DNA of 64,000 nt from Octopus vulgaris (lineage: Eukaryota). How positions within the stretch are numbered: position 1 is the first letter of the stretch; each line of letters opens with the position of its first letter. The notes below the pieces were generated by a model, which did not search any database, was not told the origin of the DNA, and saw only the letters and a list, made by a program, of their open reading frames with translations. The stretch covers positions 70,432,001-70,496,000 of the forward strand of contig OX597831.1 of the NCBI GenBank assembly GCA_951406725.2, in the 5' to 3' direction. Positions 1 to 13,754 of this stretch are shown here, piece after piece. Both the position numbers and the translations under genes were made by a program.

Positions 1-139
1 AGTACTCTGAATATTAAAGGGTTAATCTTGCATTATTTTGTAGCTATGAGATTTTGATGAGGTAACTGTTAATTTTTAGAATATTGTAAGCAGGTGTGAG
101 AAGCAATATCTGGCCAGTGTGGACATAAAACAGGTAGAA

Positions 140-800
140 GAAGATTTCACCTTTGTTCAGTTTTATTAGACATAGGGTCTTATAGGATCTTTACTTGTCA
201 ATGTCTTGACATGTCAGTCTATACTTTTTAGTTTAAGATAGAGTCTATAGCATTTTGAACTTACTATTTCTTTAGTCTTAAGGATTCAATTGCTTTTTCA
301 CTGAGACATTGCTTCATGTCCTTCATGTATGCCTACATTAAATATTTCAGCAGCTGTTTATTTTGTGTTTCGAAATATAAACAAGTGCTGCACCTAATTA
401 CTGGTATGGAGAGTTGATATCTCAGACCAATTATGTAGGTGCACCACTTGTTTATTTTGAATATCATCTGCAGTAATTCCTTCATACATGTTTCTCCCTA
501 AAATGTTCTTTTCTTACAGTTAGCCCTTCGTCCATTTCTATTTTATTTTTAAAAGTTCTTAAAAAACTTATTCTCGGTTGTAGTCAAAAAGTGTACTTTA
601 CTCAAAACTTTTTTCTTTTCATAATGACATCTGAAACAAGTGAAGATCCCTTACTCCATATGTTCCTTGTTTTAGACAACTTCTGTTCCTGCTATAATAT
701 TTTTCTGTAATATTTGACTGATTTCCTTTTTACATGCCTAACTTTTTATTTTTGACTCCATTAATGATTGAGAAATTTTTAATTTTCTATATGTTTGGGT
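140..800 (-). mobile_element. Highly degraded non-LTR retrotransposon (RT) remnant
   Basis: Minus-strand purine-rich, coding-like sequence with a YADDI-like remnant (ACTGCAGATGATATT) near 460-475; no open frame. Confidence 0.3.
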
Positions 801-879
801 TTAATTTTGTTTGCTTGGGTTTTTTCCCTCTCTCCCTCCTTCTCTTGCTATTCCTTCTAGCTAGGTAACTAAATATCTC

Positions 880-1322
880 CTTTATACCAATTTACACCAC
901 CCATATATACACCTGTTTCTGTCTCTCTCACACTCTAACCTTTCATTAACTGACACAAGATCCCCCCCTCCAATTCCCCCTCCCCTCTCAAAATTCCTTG
1001 TCTTGCAAGTTACTTGGGAACATTGCCAGTGCTGGTGCCACATAAAAAGCATCCAGTCCACACTGTAAAGTGGTTGGCATTTGGAAGGGCATCCAGCTGT
1101 GAAAATTATGCCAAACTGACCTCGCCTGTGCTGGTTCCATGTAAAAGGCACTCTGTCCAATCTACAGAGTGATTGGTGTCAGGAAGGGCATCCATCCGTA
1201 AAAACCCTGCCAAAACAGACACAGTAACCTTGGGTAGTTTTCTACTTGGCTGGCTCTTGTCAAACCATTCAACTCATGCCTGCATGGAAGATGGACGTTA
1301 AATGATGATGACGATGGTGATG
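880..1322 (+). mobile_element. RTE-LINE 3'UTR-derived fragment with internal tandem duplication and (GAT)n tail
   Basis: Ends GCATGGAAGATGGACGTTAAATGATGATG, homologous to the 3' end of the RTE at 29277-29480; the unit GTGCTGGTxCCA...GGAAGGGCATCCA occurs twice. Confidence 0.75.
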
Positions 1323-2401
1323 GAAATAAAGTGACCATTGCTTTTATGAAACTGCTATGTCTACATATATGTTTTGGTTTATGAGAGCGACACAGTAAAC
1401 AGTATTATACAAACACGTAGCCAACAGCTTCATTTGAACTGAGAAGATATTGGTTTCATTGATGGAGCTCATATCTGAATAAATCAGCAGATAATGAAGC
1501 ACTATGGAATAGTAATTCAATACTAAAACCTACTCTGATTGAAAAAGTTTCTGAGCAGCCTTTTATATTTATTTTGTTTATAGGCATGAAACATGACAGT
1601 TGTAAGTGAGGAAGAACACATGTTCAAAGACCTTTTTTTTTCCATTTCTCAATTATAAAGGAAGGAATGAACTCATAAAGCTGCGTCGGCAAGTCAAATA
1701 AATTTCCATGCAAAAATCTGCCGTCTGGGTGAAAGGTCGTTTTTAAAATGATCTTAAAAAGACTACTAAGGCTGGAAGTACAATTTAAAGAATTTACACC
1801 AGCCTTATATACAATTTTCCAAATCAGAGTCTAGAAAAAGATTTTGCAGCAGAAACATTTAATTGTTCTGTCCCTCTTCTTTTCAGGGATTTTCTTTTTT
1901 ACTTAAGGGTATTATGTTCCTTTCTCACTCTGCCACTTACCAGCTATACACAGACACTTAAATTGCGTTAGTTATCACTATTTTATCATTAAGTTCTCAT
2001 TATTGGTTCATTGAAAGACCTTTCTATTGTAATACTTTATTTCCACAATAGTCAAAATTATTGCCATATTAAGAACTTTCAATTGTTAAAACATTCTCAT
2101 CTTCTTTTTATTCCTATTTTCATGTTGTTCTGGTTTGGCTTTTATTGGTCACTGTTAAGATTTTATAAGGTTTGGTTTTGTAGTTTTATTACATTTTATT
2201 TGTTCTTCTTGTTTTAGGTCAATCTTTATACTTAACATTTTGAATAGTGTTAAATTTGATATTGTATTCTTGTTCTAAGCATCCTTGTTCTTCTTCTTTT
2301 TATTATTATTATTATATATGCTTTCTTCCACAAATTCTGTTTTCTTTCTATTTATTATAACGCTTTGGAATTCCAGAATATATCTTTCCTGATCAATATT
2401 C

Positions 2402-3270
2402 TATTGGGTTATCCCATAAATAATATGGTTTTCTCAATTGCATGAACTAAAAGTTGGAGGGGGATGGGATAAACTACCTGCATCAACTTGCTATAAAAGC
2501 AGATAGTAATTTTACCTTGTCCTTATTCTTAGTGCAAGTCTTGAAGAATACAGTTCAATGTTAACAGATTTTTTTTTCAAAGCTATAATGGAAGTGACAA
2601 AGGTGCATATTTTGCTTTATGAGTTCAACAAAGGCAACAACACAATGGAAAGTGCAAGGAATATTGATGCAGTATATCAGGATCAGATAATAAGTGTAAG
2701 CCAGTGTCAACAGTGGTTCCAGAAATTCCAAGCCAGAAACTACAACCTAGAAGATGAGCCTTGTCCTGGAAGATCTGTAGAGCTCAACAAGGAACAAACC
2801 CTGGTGGAACAAAATTCCATTGTAACTGTTGAGCAGAGAAGCTTGGATTTGGTCTTTCAACCATTTATTGATGCTAGTGCTAGAAGAAAAATGACCATCT
2901 TTGGTTTCAAGACAAAAGGTGTTCTTCCATCAAGATAATGCTTGGCCACATACAGTGAGGATGACATTCGAAAGGGTGGAGCAGTTTGGATGGGAAATGA
3001 TGCCCCACCCACCCCACCATGTTCACTGGTCATTGCTCCATCTGATTATCATTTATTCTGCAGTCTTCAAAATCATTTGGATAGAAAAAATAAGAATTCT
3101 ATAGACAAGGTCAGAACAGTACTGGAGGAGTATTTCTCATCATGGACAAGTGATTTTTGGGAGAAAGGCCTTGCCAGTCTACCAGATAGATGGAAGAGCA
3201 TTGTAGAAAATGAAAGAAAATATACTTTTGATTAAAAAAGAATTTTGTTTATCTTAATTTTGAAAAATTA
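2402..3270 (+). mobile_element. Tc1/mariner transposon, internally deleted and frameshifted
   Basis: 5' TIR TATTGGGTTATCCCATAAATAAT at 2402; ORFs 2558-3235 give HTH region (QWFQKF...LEDEPCPGR), HQDNAWPH and IAPSDYHLF motifs of a mariner DD34D transposase; first catalytic D region is missing. Confidence 0.9.
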
Positions 3271-4030
3271 AAAATCTGAAATTACGGATGCAAAAGTAAA
3301 AAAAATGTGGTAGACCGAACTGTGCAACATGTCCAAACCTGCTAGAAGGATCAGAATTCCTCTTCAAAGAGGGACAGAAATTCAAGATCAAATCTAATTT
3401 TACTTGTGCCTCTGAAAACATAATTTATGTCATAAAATGCTCTTGCTGCCACCAAGACTACGTGGGATCCACGGGACTATCACTCAGACGTAGATGCACA
3501 CTGCATCGACAACAGATTGCATTCCCAGAATACAGAATGATACCTTTTAGTGAGCACATTGAGAAATGCGCAAAGCAACTACTACCACAATTTTTAATCT
3601 TTCCATTTTACCAATGTGCTATCGGAACACCAACACAAATTAGACTACACAAGAAAACATTCTTCATTGAAAAGTACAAGCCCAGACTTAGCCATTCCAA
3701 CATACTTATACAGAGAAATTCACCCCAAAGGAAAGGCAAAAAATTTTAACCGATTATCTCTCTTACACCGGAAGAAATCACTTATTACCTCCCCTTATCT
3801 AGAACTCTTCTCAACATAAACATAACGATGTAAGAAATTTGAAAAGCTAAATGCGAAACTGGTCATTTCTTCTAAACTATGTCATTGTAAGAAAAAAATT
3901 TATAATATTCTTCAGACATATTAACTCAAATATATATTTTTTAACCTTTTAAAACAAGCCTTCGGTAGTTTTTTCACTTTTTACTATTTTCTATATATTC
4001 AACCACGTGCTTTCACAAACCAACTTTCTC
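3270..4030 (+). mobile_element. Penelope-like element 3' fragment (Neptune-type): Cys-rich linker, GIY-YIG endonuclease and pLTR
   Basis: Frame reads KCGRPNCATC...FTCASENIIYVIKCSCCHQDYVGSTGLSLRRRCTLH...FFIEKYKPRL; followed by a hammerhead motif and ending in (TA)n. Confidence 0.85.
3832..3871 (+). ncRNA. Degenerate minimal type-I hammerhead ribozyme in PLE pLTR
   Basis: AAGAAAT-TTGAAAA-GC-TAAAT-GC-GAAA-CTGG-TC-ATTTCTT: perfect 7-bp stem I, core two substitutions from CTGAAGA. Confidence 0.7.
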
Positions 4031-4189
4031 ATCTATATATATATATATATACATAGTTCATATAACTTAAATTGTTATAAATACAGTAGTCATATTTTAA
4101 TTGTGGGTTTTTGCTTTTCTATTAAGAACTCTACTTGCTTTGAGTACAAAGCAAATTTTTTTGGTTTCCCATTTTCTTTTGCTTTGGAT

Positions 4190-4378
4190 GTAATTTACAT
4201 AAAAAGCACCTAGTGCACTCTGTAAGGTGGTTGGCATTAAGAAGGGCATCCAGCTATAGAAACCTAACCAAAGCAGACAATGGAACCTGGTACATCCCCT
4301 GGCCTTACCAGTTCCCATCCAGCCATCCAACCCATGCCAGCATGGAAAACGGACATTAAATGCTGTTGATGATGATGG
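4190..4378 (+). mobile_element. RTE-tail-sharing short element
   Basis: CCATCCAACCCATGCCAGCATGGAAAACGGACATTAAATG...GATGATG matches the RTE 3' end. Confidence 0.8.
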
Positions 4379-4572
4379 TTATATCTGCAAACCCTGGGGG
4401 TTTTTTGCATGTTTTTAATTATTTTCAAAGCAGCTTTTAGCATTGGGATTGTTTTCTTTACTCAGTTCCCATGTTGTAGTTGACTTCATTTCCAGATCTT
4501 TATATTTGAATAATTTCTCATCACTTATTGGGACTGAAAATTGTTTTCCCTAGTTGTCATTGCGAATAATAT

Positions 4573-6205
4573 TTCAGCTGTTTGTATTAGTTATATATTG
4601 GTTTTTACTGGATATTTTTGTCAATCTTCAGAGGGTATTTTATTATCGATTGTTAACAATTGCATGGAGCCCATAACTCTGTATGTTTGTAGGAAATATA
4701 ACCTTTCTCTATTAGATTTTGCATGGTGAATTTTAAATATAGTCATTATTTGTCTTGCTTTACTCTCATCTTGCTAGTTTATTTCGTGTCTGGCTAAGAA
4801 TATTATAACTATAACTTATCACTGAGGCAGTTAGTGTGTTAATGTTTTTTGTATAGTAAAAGTATGTGCACACTGAATGCATTATGATATTTTAGGTAAA
4901 TAAATCTGTATATGTGTTAATTTTTCATGCACATATTAATTACCTTTGTTAATTGTGGAAAAGGTATCATGTTGGATTTTGGTGAGAAATGCACAAGTGA
5001 GGAGAGCTCAGTGACAGGGTGAATTGTTGTCATGAAGAATCCAATACTTTGCGCTACACAGATCTGGTCACTTTCACCAAATTCTTCCCTTAAATGCTTT
5101 GCAACGTAACAGTAGAACTCTCAATTGATGGTCTGGACCTGGGATTCAAATTCTTGAAACACAATAACACATTTCTGGGGGTGATGCTTATGGCAAGTTC
5201 TCCAGATCACTCATCGTCCTCTAGAGATGTTCTACCACTTTTGAAGCACCCATACCACTCAAAACATTACATACAACCCATTGCCTCACCATCATAACCT
5301 TGCCAAAGCATGTTCACTAAATTTGTAGCAGACTTTCCGAGGTTAACACAAAAGTTCCCGTTGGTTCTTTGTTCCTGTCCATGACAAAATCACAGGCTAC
5401 AGCATACATGTGATGACAAAAGCACAAATTTTACAAATTGCAAAGTAAACACAGCAATTTCACTCAGTACACTGCCTCATGACAGTCACTGCTAGCTCTC
5501 TCAGTGCAGGCAACAGTGTGCTATCATCTATTGGCATAATACAGAGCTAGTATGTGAACTCTTTGATATCACCTTGTATAGCGCATTCAGTGTGCAAATA
5601 CTTTTACCATAGAAAAACCTTTATGCAATAAGATTTTTAAATTCACTCACTACTACTAATTAGAGGAAAGTATTAAGAAGGCTTTGATCCTGTGATGTAA
5701 CGAAAATTACTTCAGTCTCAGTTTTGAGTTCTGCCTTTTTTAGACAGAATTATGATTTTTCTGTTTTGGGAAATTTTTTCCACCTGATTTTGTATGTTTA
5801 TTTTGGCTTATTTTTCTACTGCTTCATAATTTCTTTATTTGTTTTTCTTTACTTCTCTGAATACTCTTTCAACTTTTCTTTTTTTCTTTTCTTTTCTTTT
5901 GTTTACATATTTGATGGCTTCCTTTAAGACAGAAATCAGTGTTTCATTTTGTTGTTGCTTTTTAGCTGTTTGTATTAGTTATATTATTGGTTTTTACTAG
6001 ATATTTTTGTCAACCTTCAAAGGACATTTTATAATAGATTTTTAATTGCATGGAGCCCTTACCTCTGTATGCTTGTAGGAAATATAATCTTTGCATGGTG
6101 AATTTTAAATATAGTCATTATTCGTCTTGTTTTTCTCTCATCTTGCTAGTTTGTTTTGTATCTGGCTAAGAATATTACAACTATAACTTATTATTGAGGC
6201 AGCCA
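4573..6205. repeat. Diverged direct repeat pair (about 4573-4830 and 5963-6205), probably degraded LINE sequence
   Basis: Both copies run AGCTGTTTGTATTAGTTATAT...CTGGCTAAGAATATTAxAACTATAACTTATxxxTGAGGCAG. Confidence 0.8.
4975..5580 (-). mobile_element. Tc1/mariner-type remnant
   Basis: Terminus reads TACAAGGTGATATCAAAGAGTTC on the minus strand next to TA, a typical mariner TIR; interior is degenerate transposase-like sequence. Confidence 0.6.
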
Positions 6206-6611
6206 CTGTATTGATGTATTTGGTTTTTCTTTTCCTTTTTTGCATTTTGCTGTTTAAGTATTCATCTAATGCATCTCTGATATTCTTTTATACCCCTTAC
6301 ACTCACATTGTTCACTGTCTAGGTCATTGATTCCTGAATATTTGTATGTCTGCGTTTGTGGGAATTCTCTTATCTCTGCTTCATTATCTACCATCACATT
6401 AGTTTTCCTAATTAATTTTCCTCTCTATCTCTAATGTTACCATGGTACATTTTTCTAATCCAGTTCCACTTGCAAATCTGCATACTGCCTGCAGCAATTT
6501 CTATCTGTTAATCAGCTATAGCATATGACTTCAAATCGTTCTTACACAAAAGGTAGTTGATTGTTTCCTATAGCACTCATATCTGATTCCAGGTTAAAGT
6601 GGTTAGCATCA

Positions 6612-7000
6612 GGAGGTGCAATGGCCCAGTGGTTAGGGCAGCAGACTCGTGGCCATAGGATCGCGGTTTCGATTCCCAGAGTGGGCGTTGTGAGTGTTTA
6701 TTGAGCGAAAACACCTAAAGCTCCACGAGGCTCCGGCAGGGGATGGTGGTGATCCCTGCTGTACTCTTTCACCACAATTTTCTCTCACTCTTACTTCCTG
6801 TTTCTGTTGTACCTGTATTTCAAAGGGCCGGCCTTGTCACTCTCTGTGTCACGCTGAATGTCCCCGAGAACTACGTTAAGGGTACACGTGTCTGTGGAGT
6901 GCTCAGCCACTTACACATTAATTTCATGAGCAGGCTGTTCCGTTGATTCGGATCAACCGGAACCCTCATCGTCATAACCGACGGAGTGCTTCCATCCATA
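6612..7000 (+). mobile_element. tRNA(Arg)-like-head SINE (OR-type), tail 1
   Basis: A box TGGCCCAGTGG, B box GTTTCGATTCC; flanked by TSD GGTTAGCA(T/C)CAGGAG at 6601 and 7001; near-identical to 55447-55835. Confidence 0.9.
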
Positions 7001-7484
7001 GGTTAGCACCAGGAGTTCCTATCATGTTCCTCTCCTTTCAAGTTTTTTTGCCTATTTCCAGGCCACTTTTGTTGTGATGGCTTCCCCTTGTTTTTTTAAG
7101 ATACTGTACTCATTATTTTGAACAATGTAAACCACGGTGGTTCTGTTGCTGCTCATACACCACTTCAGAAATCTACTTCTCTTGCCGTTAGTATCACATT
7201 GATTTCTATCCTATATTACTTTGTATGTATTTAATCAATTATTTCTATATCATAGCATTATTCAAGTAGATTTTCCCGAAGCTACAAAACGACTTTGACA
7301 TAACACTGATGTAAGAAGATCTAAATGCCCTGCTTAACAGGATAGCAACTTGTTGCAGTGTAAATTCCCATGATTTATGAGTTGAGTACTTTGCATGCTG
7401 TTCAAACTCTATTTACATTGAGCTAATGAAAAATTATCAAATAGGTTGCTTGAGGAGTTCAAAACACTATAAAAAAAAAAATAC

Positions 7485-7600
7485 CTGAAAATGTTCTTTC
7501 TTGCCTCTGTGTCACATGGATTAGGAAACCAGCCAAAATTATCTGATGTAGAAAAACTGCCAATGTTCCTTGTTACATTCTTAGTGCATGGCATACAAAC
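7485..7600 (-). CDS. Candidate internal host exon (unknown protein)
   Basis: ATTTTAACAG acceptor, CAG|GTATTT donor; open frame VCMPCTKNVTRNIGSFSTSDNFGWFPNPCDTEARKNIFR. Confidence 0.3.
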
Positions 7601-7917
7601 CTGTTAAAATCAGTTCATTTTTTTCATCAACATTTCAGTATGCAAAATATGGCTGAAAATTTAAATGAAAATCAAATGTGAAATTTGTCATATCCAGTCA
7701 AAGAAATATATGTGTGTTGCCATAGTAACTATCAGAGACAGATGAAAACTCATTTGAGCAGTGGCCAATAAGTCTGCCAGATGCACTTCCGACTTTTTAG
7801 ACCTTTCCAATGGCACATACTTGCAGCCTGCCATAAAGGTTGCACAAGACGTTGCCATCTTAGATATGGAAAAAAGTTAACAAAATAATCACAAATTTTG
7901 TAAATAGTCCAAAGTAA

Positions 7918-8095
7918 CAAGGTGGCAAAATTCTTAGGATGCCAATGAAAATGCTTAGCGGCATTTTGTCCGTTTTTACATTCTAAGTTCAAATTCTTCT
8001 GTGGTCAACTTCGCTTTTCATCCTTTTGGAGTCAATAAAATAAGTGCAATTTGACCACTGGGAGGGGGGGAGGTGATGTAATCAACTTACCCTTA
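7918..8095 (+). mobile_element. OK-like SINE, diverged
   Basis: TTCTAAGTTCAAATTC...CTTTTCATCCTTTTGGAGTCAATAAAATAAGT, homologous to 41445-41640 and 59625-59800. Confidence 0.7.
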
Positions 8096-8339
8096 TAATC
8101 TATAAGAGATTTTATCTCAGGACAAATACTACAGTAACTGGCCTATCAATCATGTATATACATTAAGTATGATACATAGGCAGCTATTTTAATTAAATAC
8201 TGCCTTGATTGCATATACTGGATATGTATATACATACACATATACATATATACATACATACCTACATAAACACATACACATATATATATATATATATATA
8301 TGTACATACATACATACATATATGTGTGTACATATATAT

Positions 8340-8372
8340 ATGTCTGTGGTAAGAAGCTTGCTTCCCAACCAC

Positions 8373-8409
<37 letters not shown>

Positions 8410-8665
8410 CATTTGCACCAAAAGATATATATATATTTATGTGTGTGTCTGTGTTTGTCTCCCCACCCCCCGCCATCACTTGACAACAGATGCTGGTGAG
8501 TTTATGTCCCTGTAATTTAGCAGTTTGGCAAATGAGACCAATAGAATATATACTAGGCTTACAGCAAATAAATCCTGGGGTCAATTTCTCTGACTGAAGC
8601 CCTTTAAGGCAATGCTTCAGCGTGGCCATAGTCAAACTGACAAACAAGTATAAGAATAAAAAGAA
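8340..8665 (+). mobile_element. CORE-type SINE, internally deleted
   Basis: Head CTGTGGTAAGAAGCTTGCTTCCCAACCACATG, then (TA)n, then the 3' half ending ACAAGTATAAGAATAAAAGA. Confidence 0.75.
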
Positions 8666-9029
8666 TGTACATACTCACTTTTAGAACTTAGACCTTAAGA
8701 AAGACAGTTGAGATCAATATATTTAAACTCAGAATATAAAAATCTGGTAAAAATGCTACAAAGAGTATAGTGCAACAGTGTTACAATTCTGCTATTCCTA
8801 CTCTTTAGAATGAAAGTTAGTTGAGGTTTGAGCATAACAAACAGAATTTGTAATAGGAAGAATAATACAATCACAAATCAATAATCAAGGGACATTTTAA
8901 AATATAAGTAAGCATTGTGACATAAAATTTTTTTCCTGCCTCAAATCACTCTTTATATTTTTAAATACACTATGTTTCATTATAAGATGAAATATTCAGG
9001 GTTGGAAAGCTTGATTAAGTCTAACATGT

Positions 9030-9330
9030 GCCTAAACAACAGCAACAGCCCATATGAACGCCTTTTTGATCTTCATGTGTCTAACACACCTGGACATGCC
9101 TACAAAGTCAGAAAACAACACAGCTCCCATGACTTTCGGAAACATTTTCTCATGCTCAGAGTTGCTGAAGTATGGAACAAACTGCCTGCATCAGTTGTTG
9201 ACTGCCATGACACTGCATCCTTTAAGGCCCTCGTGCTTTCCGAAATCCGCTGAAACTACACCTGATTATATATACACTTTAGATGAGTTGTAGTGCACCT
9301 GAGCACTGTATACAATGTTTTTATTATTTT
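9030..9330 (+). mobile_element. CR1-like LINE 3' fragment
   Basis: GHAYKVRKQ...FRKHFLMLRVAEVWNKLPASVV...SFK, the typical CR1 ORF2 C-terminus, followed by a short 3'UTR and TTA-like tail. Confidence 0.85.
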
Positions 9331-9547
9331 ATGATTAGTTGTTATCATTGAGGAACTTGCATTTTTGTTTAAAATTATGAAGGATAATGGTTTCAAACTT
9401 CTTTGAGGTGACCAAAGCTAAATGATACAAACTTATGAAGCTACTTTCATTTAGTGAGTCCACTTTGCTTCATATACGAGTGATGCATTCCACTGCCTGG
9501 TACTGCCTGTTTACATTTAACTGGAATGGGATAACTAGGTAACTATA

Positions 9548-9773
9548 CTCTCTCTTTTTACTCTCTTTTACTTGTTTCAGTCATTTGACTGCGGCCATGC
9601 TGGAGCACCGCCTTTAATCAAGCAACTCGACCCCGGGACTTATTCTTTTGTAACCCCAGTACTTATTCTATCGGTCTCTTTTGCCGAACCGCTAAGTAAC
9701 GGGGACATAAACACACCAGCATCGGTTGTCAAGCAATGCTAGGGGAACAAACACAGATACACAAATACACACA

Positions 9774-9821
<48 letters not shown>

Positions 9822-9986
9822 TACGACAGGCTTCTTTCAGTTTCCATCTACCAAATCCACTCACAAGGCATTGGTCGGCCCGAGGCTATAGTAGAAGACA
9901 CTTGCCCAAGGTGCCACGCAGTGGGACTGAACCCGGAACCATGTGGTTGGTAAACAAGCTACTTACCACACAGCCACTCCTGCGCC
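9548..9986 (-). mobile_element. Full-length tRNA-derived CORE-type SINE (OR2-like) with internal (TA)n
   Basis: Minus strand GGCGCAGGAGTGGCTGTGTGG...GGTTCAGTCCC, CORE-like GCACCTTGGGCAAGT, (TA)n, tail ACAAGTAAAAGAG repeats. Confidence 0.92.
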
Positions 9987-11087
9987 TATATATTTTAGTA
10001 TCTTTATTAGTTACTTACTCAATATTGTGAGAGGTGGATAGAAACATATTCAGATTGTAGGAATCAAAATTTGAATCAATCCCTGTAGTAACAGTCTTGT
10101 TATTGCTTCATGACAGAGGGTACTAGTTTCTTTTTGATGAGGCTTTTTAAGAACCAACGTTTTAGGAAAAGTAAAGAGATGAGATACATTCATTCCTGTC
10201 TAAAGCAACCAACAAAGCAATTGTAAGTGAAAATAACTTCAGTTTGGAATTGAAACTATCCCACTGCAGTAGTTCACCAAGATCCTATACTGTACAACAG
10301 AATTTTAGAAACTGGAACAGAATATAATAGATATATAATAGAAGTGAGCACACTGTTTTGTATTAGAACACTCTGGAAGTAAATGATTCATTCTGTAAAT
10401 CTGTCATCAACTGATTCTTTCAATTCGATTCTTTCACATAAGACTTCAGAAGATAGTCTGATGCAAAGCATTCAATCAGTCTTGTGTCACGGCCATAAAA
10501 CCAATTTGATCATTGAACCATCAGTGGATAGGTGGTGGTGAAATGTTGGTCCTGACTGTCTGTGTTGTTTGTGCAGTGTGTGAGTAGGTGGGTATAGTGG
10601 TAGTAAACGAAATTTAAACAGAAAGAGACATAGTCAGTTTAGAAAAATAGATAATGGAAGCAATTTCAATGGCTAAGTGTTGCCAGGATGAGGAGAAACG
10701 TGCCAAGTTAGCGTCAAGTTTCAGTAAATAACACCTTACTTAGTGAAGATGTGTGCTATCAGAATTCTATTTTGTGTCTCATTTCTTTCATGCTCCTCTG
10801 CTGCTCCTCTGCTTTACTCTGTTACAAATTAAACAACAATGTAGACTTACTGGAATAGTATGAGTAGGTTTCAAATGTAAATTGACAGCTAACTAGCTGA
10901 TAGATTGATAGATAAAGATTGATTGGTATATGTGTGTATGTATGTATATCACATTTATACGTACACAGGTTAGATAGACAGACAACACTTACACAAACAC
11001 AGACAGATTATATAGAAAGATAAATCTATGGTTAATCAGATATATAGATAATTTAATAAATAATTAGCAATAACAATAAGAAACAGG

Positions 11088-11212
11088 CAATCACATGGTT
11101 TTGGGTTCAGTTCTACTACTTGACACCTTAGACAAGTTTCTTCTCCAACTGTCCTGGGTTGACCAAAGCCTTGTGAGTGGATTTGATAAATAGAAACCGA
11201 GAGAAGCCTGTA

Positions 11213-11266
<54 letters not shown>

Positions 11267-11332
11267 TACTCTTTTACTCTTTTACACTTTTACTTGTTTC
11301 AGTCATTTGACTGTGGCCATGTTGGAGCACCA
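11088..11332. mobile_element. CORE-type SINE fragments (+ head, - tail) joined at (TA)n
   Basis: 11088-11215 matches the SINE head on +; 11268-11332 matches the SINE tail on -. Confidence 0.7.
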
Positions 11333-11752
11333 ATACAGTGTACATTTAAACACATAAGAGGCATCCATCATTAGGACTTCTTGCACACTAGAGAGAACAG
11401 TTAAATTCCAAACCACTATTAGGGATAAAATTTTGAAGGGAATGAAAAATAAAAAAATATTTACCATCTAACTCCTGGACCAATGGTTTCAGACTTTTTT
11501 TAGCAAATAAAATAATTTGCTAGGCGAAGTCTTCTTCAGCAGGTAAACCTTAGATTAAATATATCCTCTTGGAGATTTTAGGTAAAATTATACTAATGTG
11601 TCCATCTGTTTTAATTTAATTAAATTCTATGTCTTTATGCAGCTGAGGATTGCTCTGCATTTAAATTGATGTAATGATTGCATTGTTCAATTAAATGGAG
11701 TTGCATGAAACGATTGCACTGCATTACCTCTGGATATCATTGTTACTCATCT

Positions 11753-11833
<81 letters not shown>

Positions 11834-11899
11834 GCATGCATATATATATATATATGTTTGTGCACATATATATGTATGTGTGTGTGTGGTGATTCCTTG

Positions 11900-12100
11900 T
11901 TTGAACATTGCATAAGAGTTGTGAGTGTCATTGACATGCAAGTCAAATATTCAAATATTCAGCAAAAGCATGTCTGGCTTTAGGGAAAACTACCTCACCT
12001 AGAAAGACGGTTAGTGAGAGGGTGGTCATCTGGGCATAGAATATCTGCTTGAGTAAACTCCATCCTATCCATGCAAGCATGGAAAAGTGTATGTTAAAAA
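11900..12100 (+). mobile_element. RTE-tail-sharing SINE fragment
   Basis: Ends CCATCCTATCCATGCAAGCATGGAAAAGTGTATGTTAAAA. Confidence 0.6.
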
Positions 12101-12255
12101 TGCTATGTACACACACATGTATAATAGGCACATGCATACACATACACGAAGAAGCATACACACACAAATGTATATATGAATGTATGTATGTATGTATGTA
12201 TGTATGTATGTATGTATGTATGTATGTATGTATGTGTATATATATATATATATAC

Positions 12256-12465
12256 ATTGTGGCTGCCCCCTCGTTATCGAGTATGGCCATTGCACAAAGC
12301 TTAACTGTTACTGGTGCTGTGATCGAATGTGACTTTTTAGCCCAGCTAAAGATCTACAATATCTTGTACAAAATTGGCAACTAAAACCTTTACCGGTAAT
12401 AGCCGGCTGTAGTTGTAACAGGGCTTCATGTACCTTTGCATGTTGTTTAAGTCCTCCTGCCAAAT

Positions 12466-12468
<3 letters not shown>
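12256..12468 (-). mobile_element. RTE/BovB-like LINE 3' fragment encoding a C2H2 zinc finger, inserted in (TA)n
   Basis: Translates ...GFSCQFCTRYCRSLAGLKSHIRSQHQ*, then a short 3'UTR; (TA)n on both sides. Confidence 0.7.
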
Positions 12469-12512
<44 letters not shown>

Positions 12513-12554
12513 GTATATAAGAGAGACACACACACACACACATTTATAAATAAA

Positions 12555-12740
12555 TTGGTTTCAAATTTTGGCACCAGGCCAGCAAGTTCGAGGAAGGGTG
12601 TAAGTACCAGTCATCAACTGGTACTTATTCTATTGACTCCAAAAGGATGAAAGGCAAAGCTGACTTTGGTGGAATTTAAACTGAAAACGTAAAGATGAAC
12701 AAAATGCCACTAAACTTCTTACCCAGTGTGCTGATGGTTC
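12555..12740 (-). mobile_element. OK-like SINE, diverged
   Basis: AAAAGGATGAAAGGCAAAGCTGACTTTGGTGGAATTTAAACT is the reverse complement of the OK-like body. Confidence 0.7.
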
Positions 12741-13754
12741 TTTAGAAAGTTATAGAATTAAGACCTGAATATAGAAGCAGAAGATAGGTAGATGCATAAA
12801 TAGATGTATGTAGATAAATGGATGGCAGAAAAGGTAGGAAATGTGAGAAATACACACGTAGAGTGAGTCAGAGAGAAGTAACTGACAAACTGACATATTG
12901 GAACAATGACAAGGTTATTAATTAATAGTCAATTATATCAGCTGAATGGAATCTGTCTCACCAATTAATTAGGCAAATTCAGTGCTATATATTTTTTTTA
13001 AATATTACATCTCTGCTACCAACTTAGCTGTTTCAATCTCCATCTCGGTTGCTTTTGTCGTTAAGAGCAATGCTACCATAACAGGTTGATATCTTTCCTG
13101 TTTTCATTGGCATTACATTTCCTTTGGTATATTGCCCAATTTCTTCTTGTGTAAGAACTTTTGCACAAATACATATTTTTATATACATATATATGATACT
13201 CACACACATTCTCTCTCTTTCACACACACACACATACAAACACACTCACACATTGATAATGGAAGCAGTCTATCATGGACCATAACCATAGCACAAATAC
13301 ATATTTTTACATACATAAATATGATACTCACTTTCTCTCTCTCTCTCTCTCATGCATACACACACATACACACACACACACAGAGGGATGATAGTAAAAT
13401 TGATAATCAAAGCATCTCTATCACAGACCAACAACTGGATCACTAATTCCCACTTTGAAGGATATGCGTTTGCAATCCAGGAGCAGGAAATATCAGTCAA
13501 ATACCTGATGCACAAGAGGGACAGAGACACAAGAAAAGCAACAAAATGTGATAACCAGTGCAGACTTTGTGGAAGATATCACCCTCATCATAAGCAGTTG
13601 TCTATAAATATCATGATTGTATTATCTATGAATGAGATATGATGCTGTAGCTAAGACATTGTATAATGAGATCTGCTGGAAGGATAATCTTGAGGCAATG
13701 GAAATAAGACCAGTAGAAGCCATAGCCACTCATTAGTAGAAATCATAGCCATAT

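Noticed and set aside
6612-6690. tRNA-like sequences with A and B boxes
   Set aside because: No complete cloverleaf or acceptor stem; they continue into SINE bodies with TSDs, so they are SINE heads.
10740-10818. Splice-flanked segment SKAEEQQRSMKEMRHKIEF* on the minus strand
   Set aside because: All frames hit a stop before the donor and it is too short to support without transcripts.
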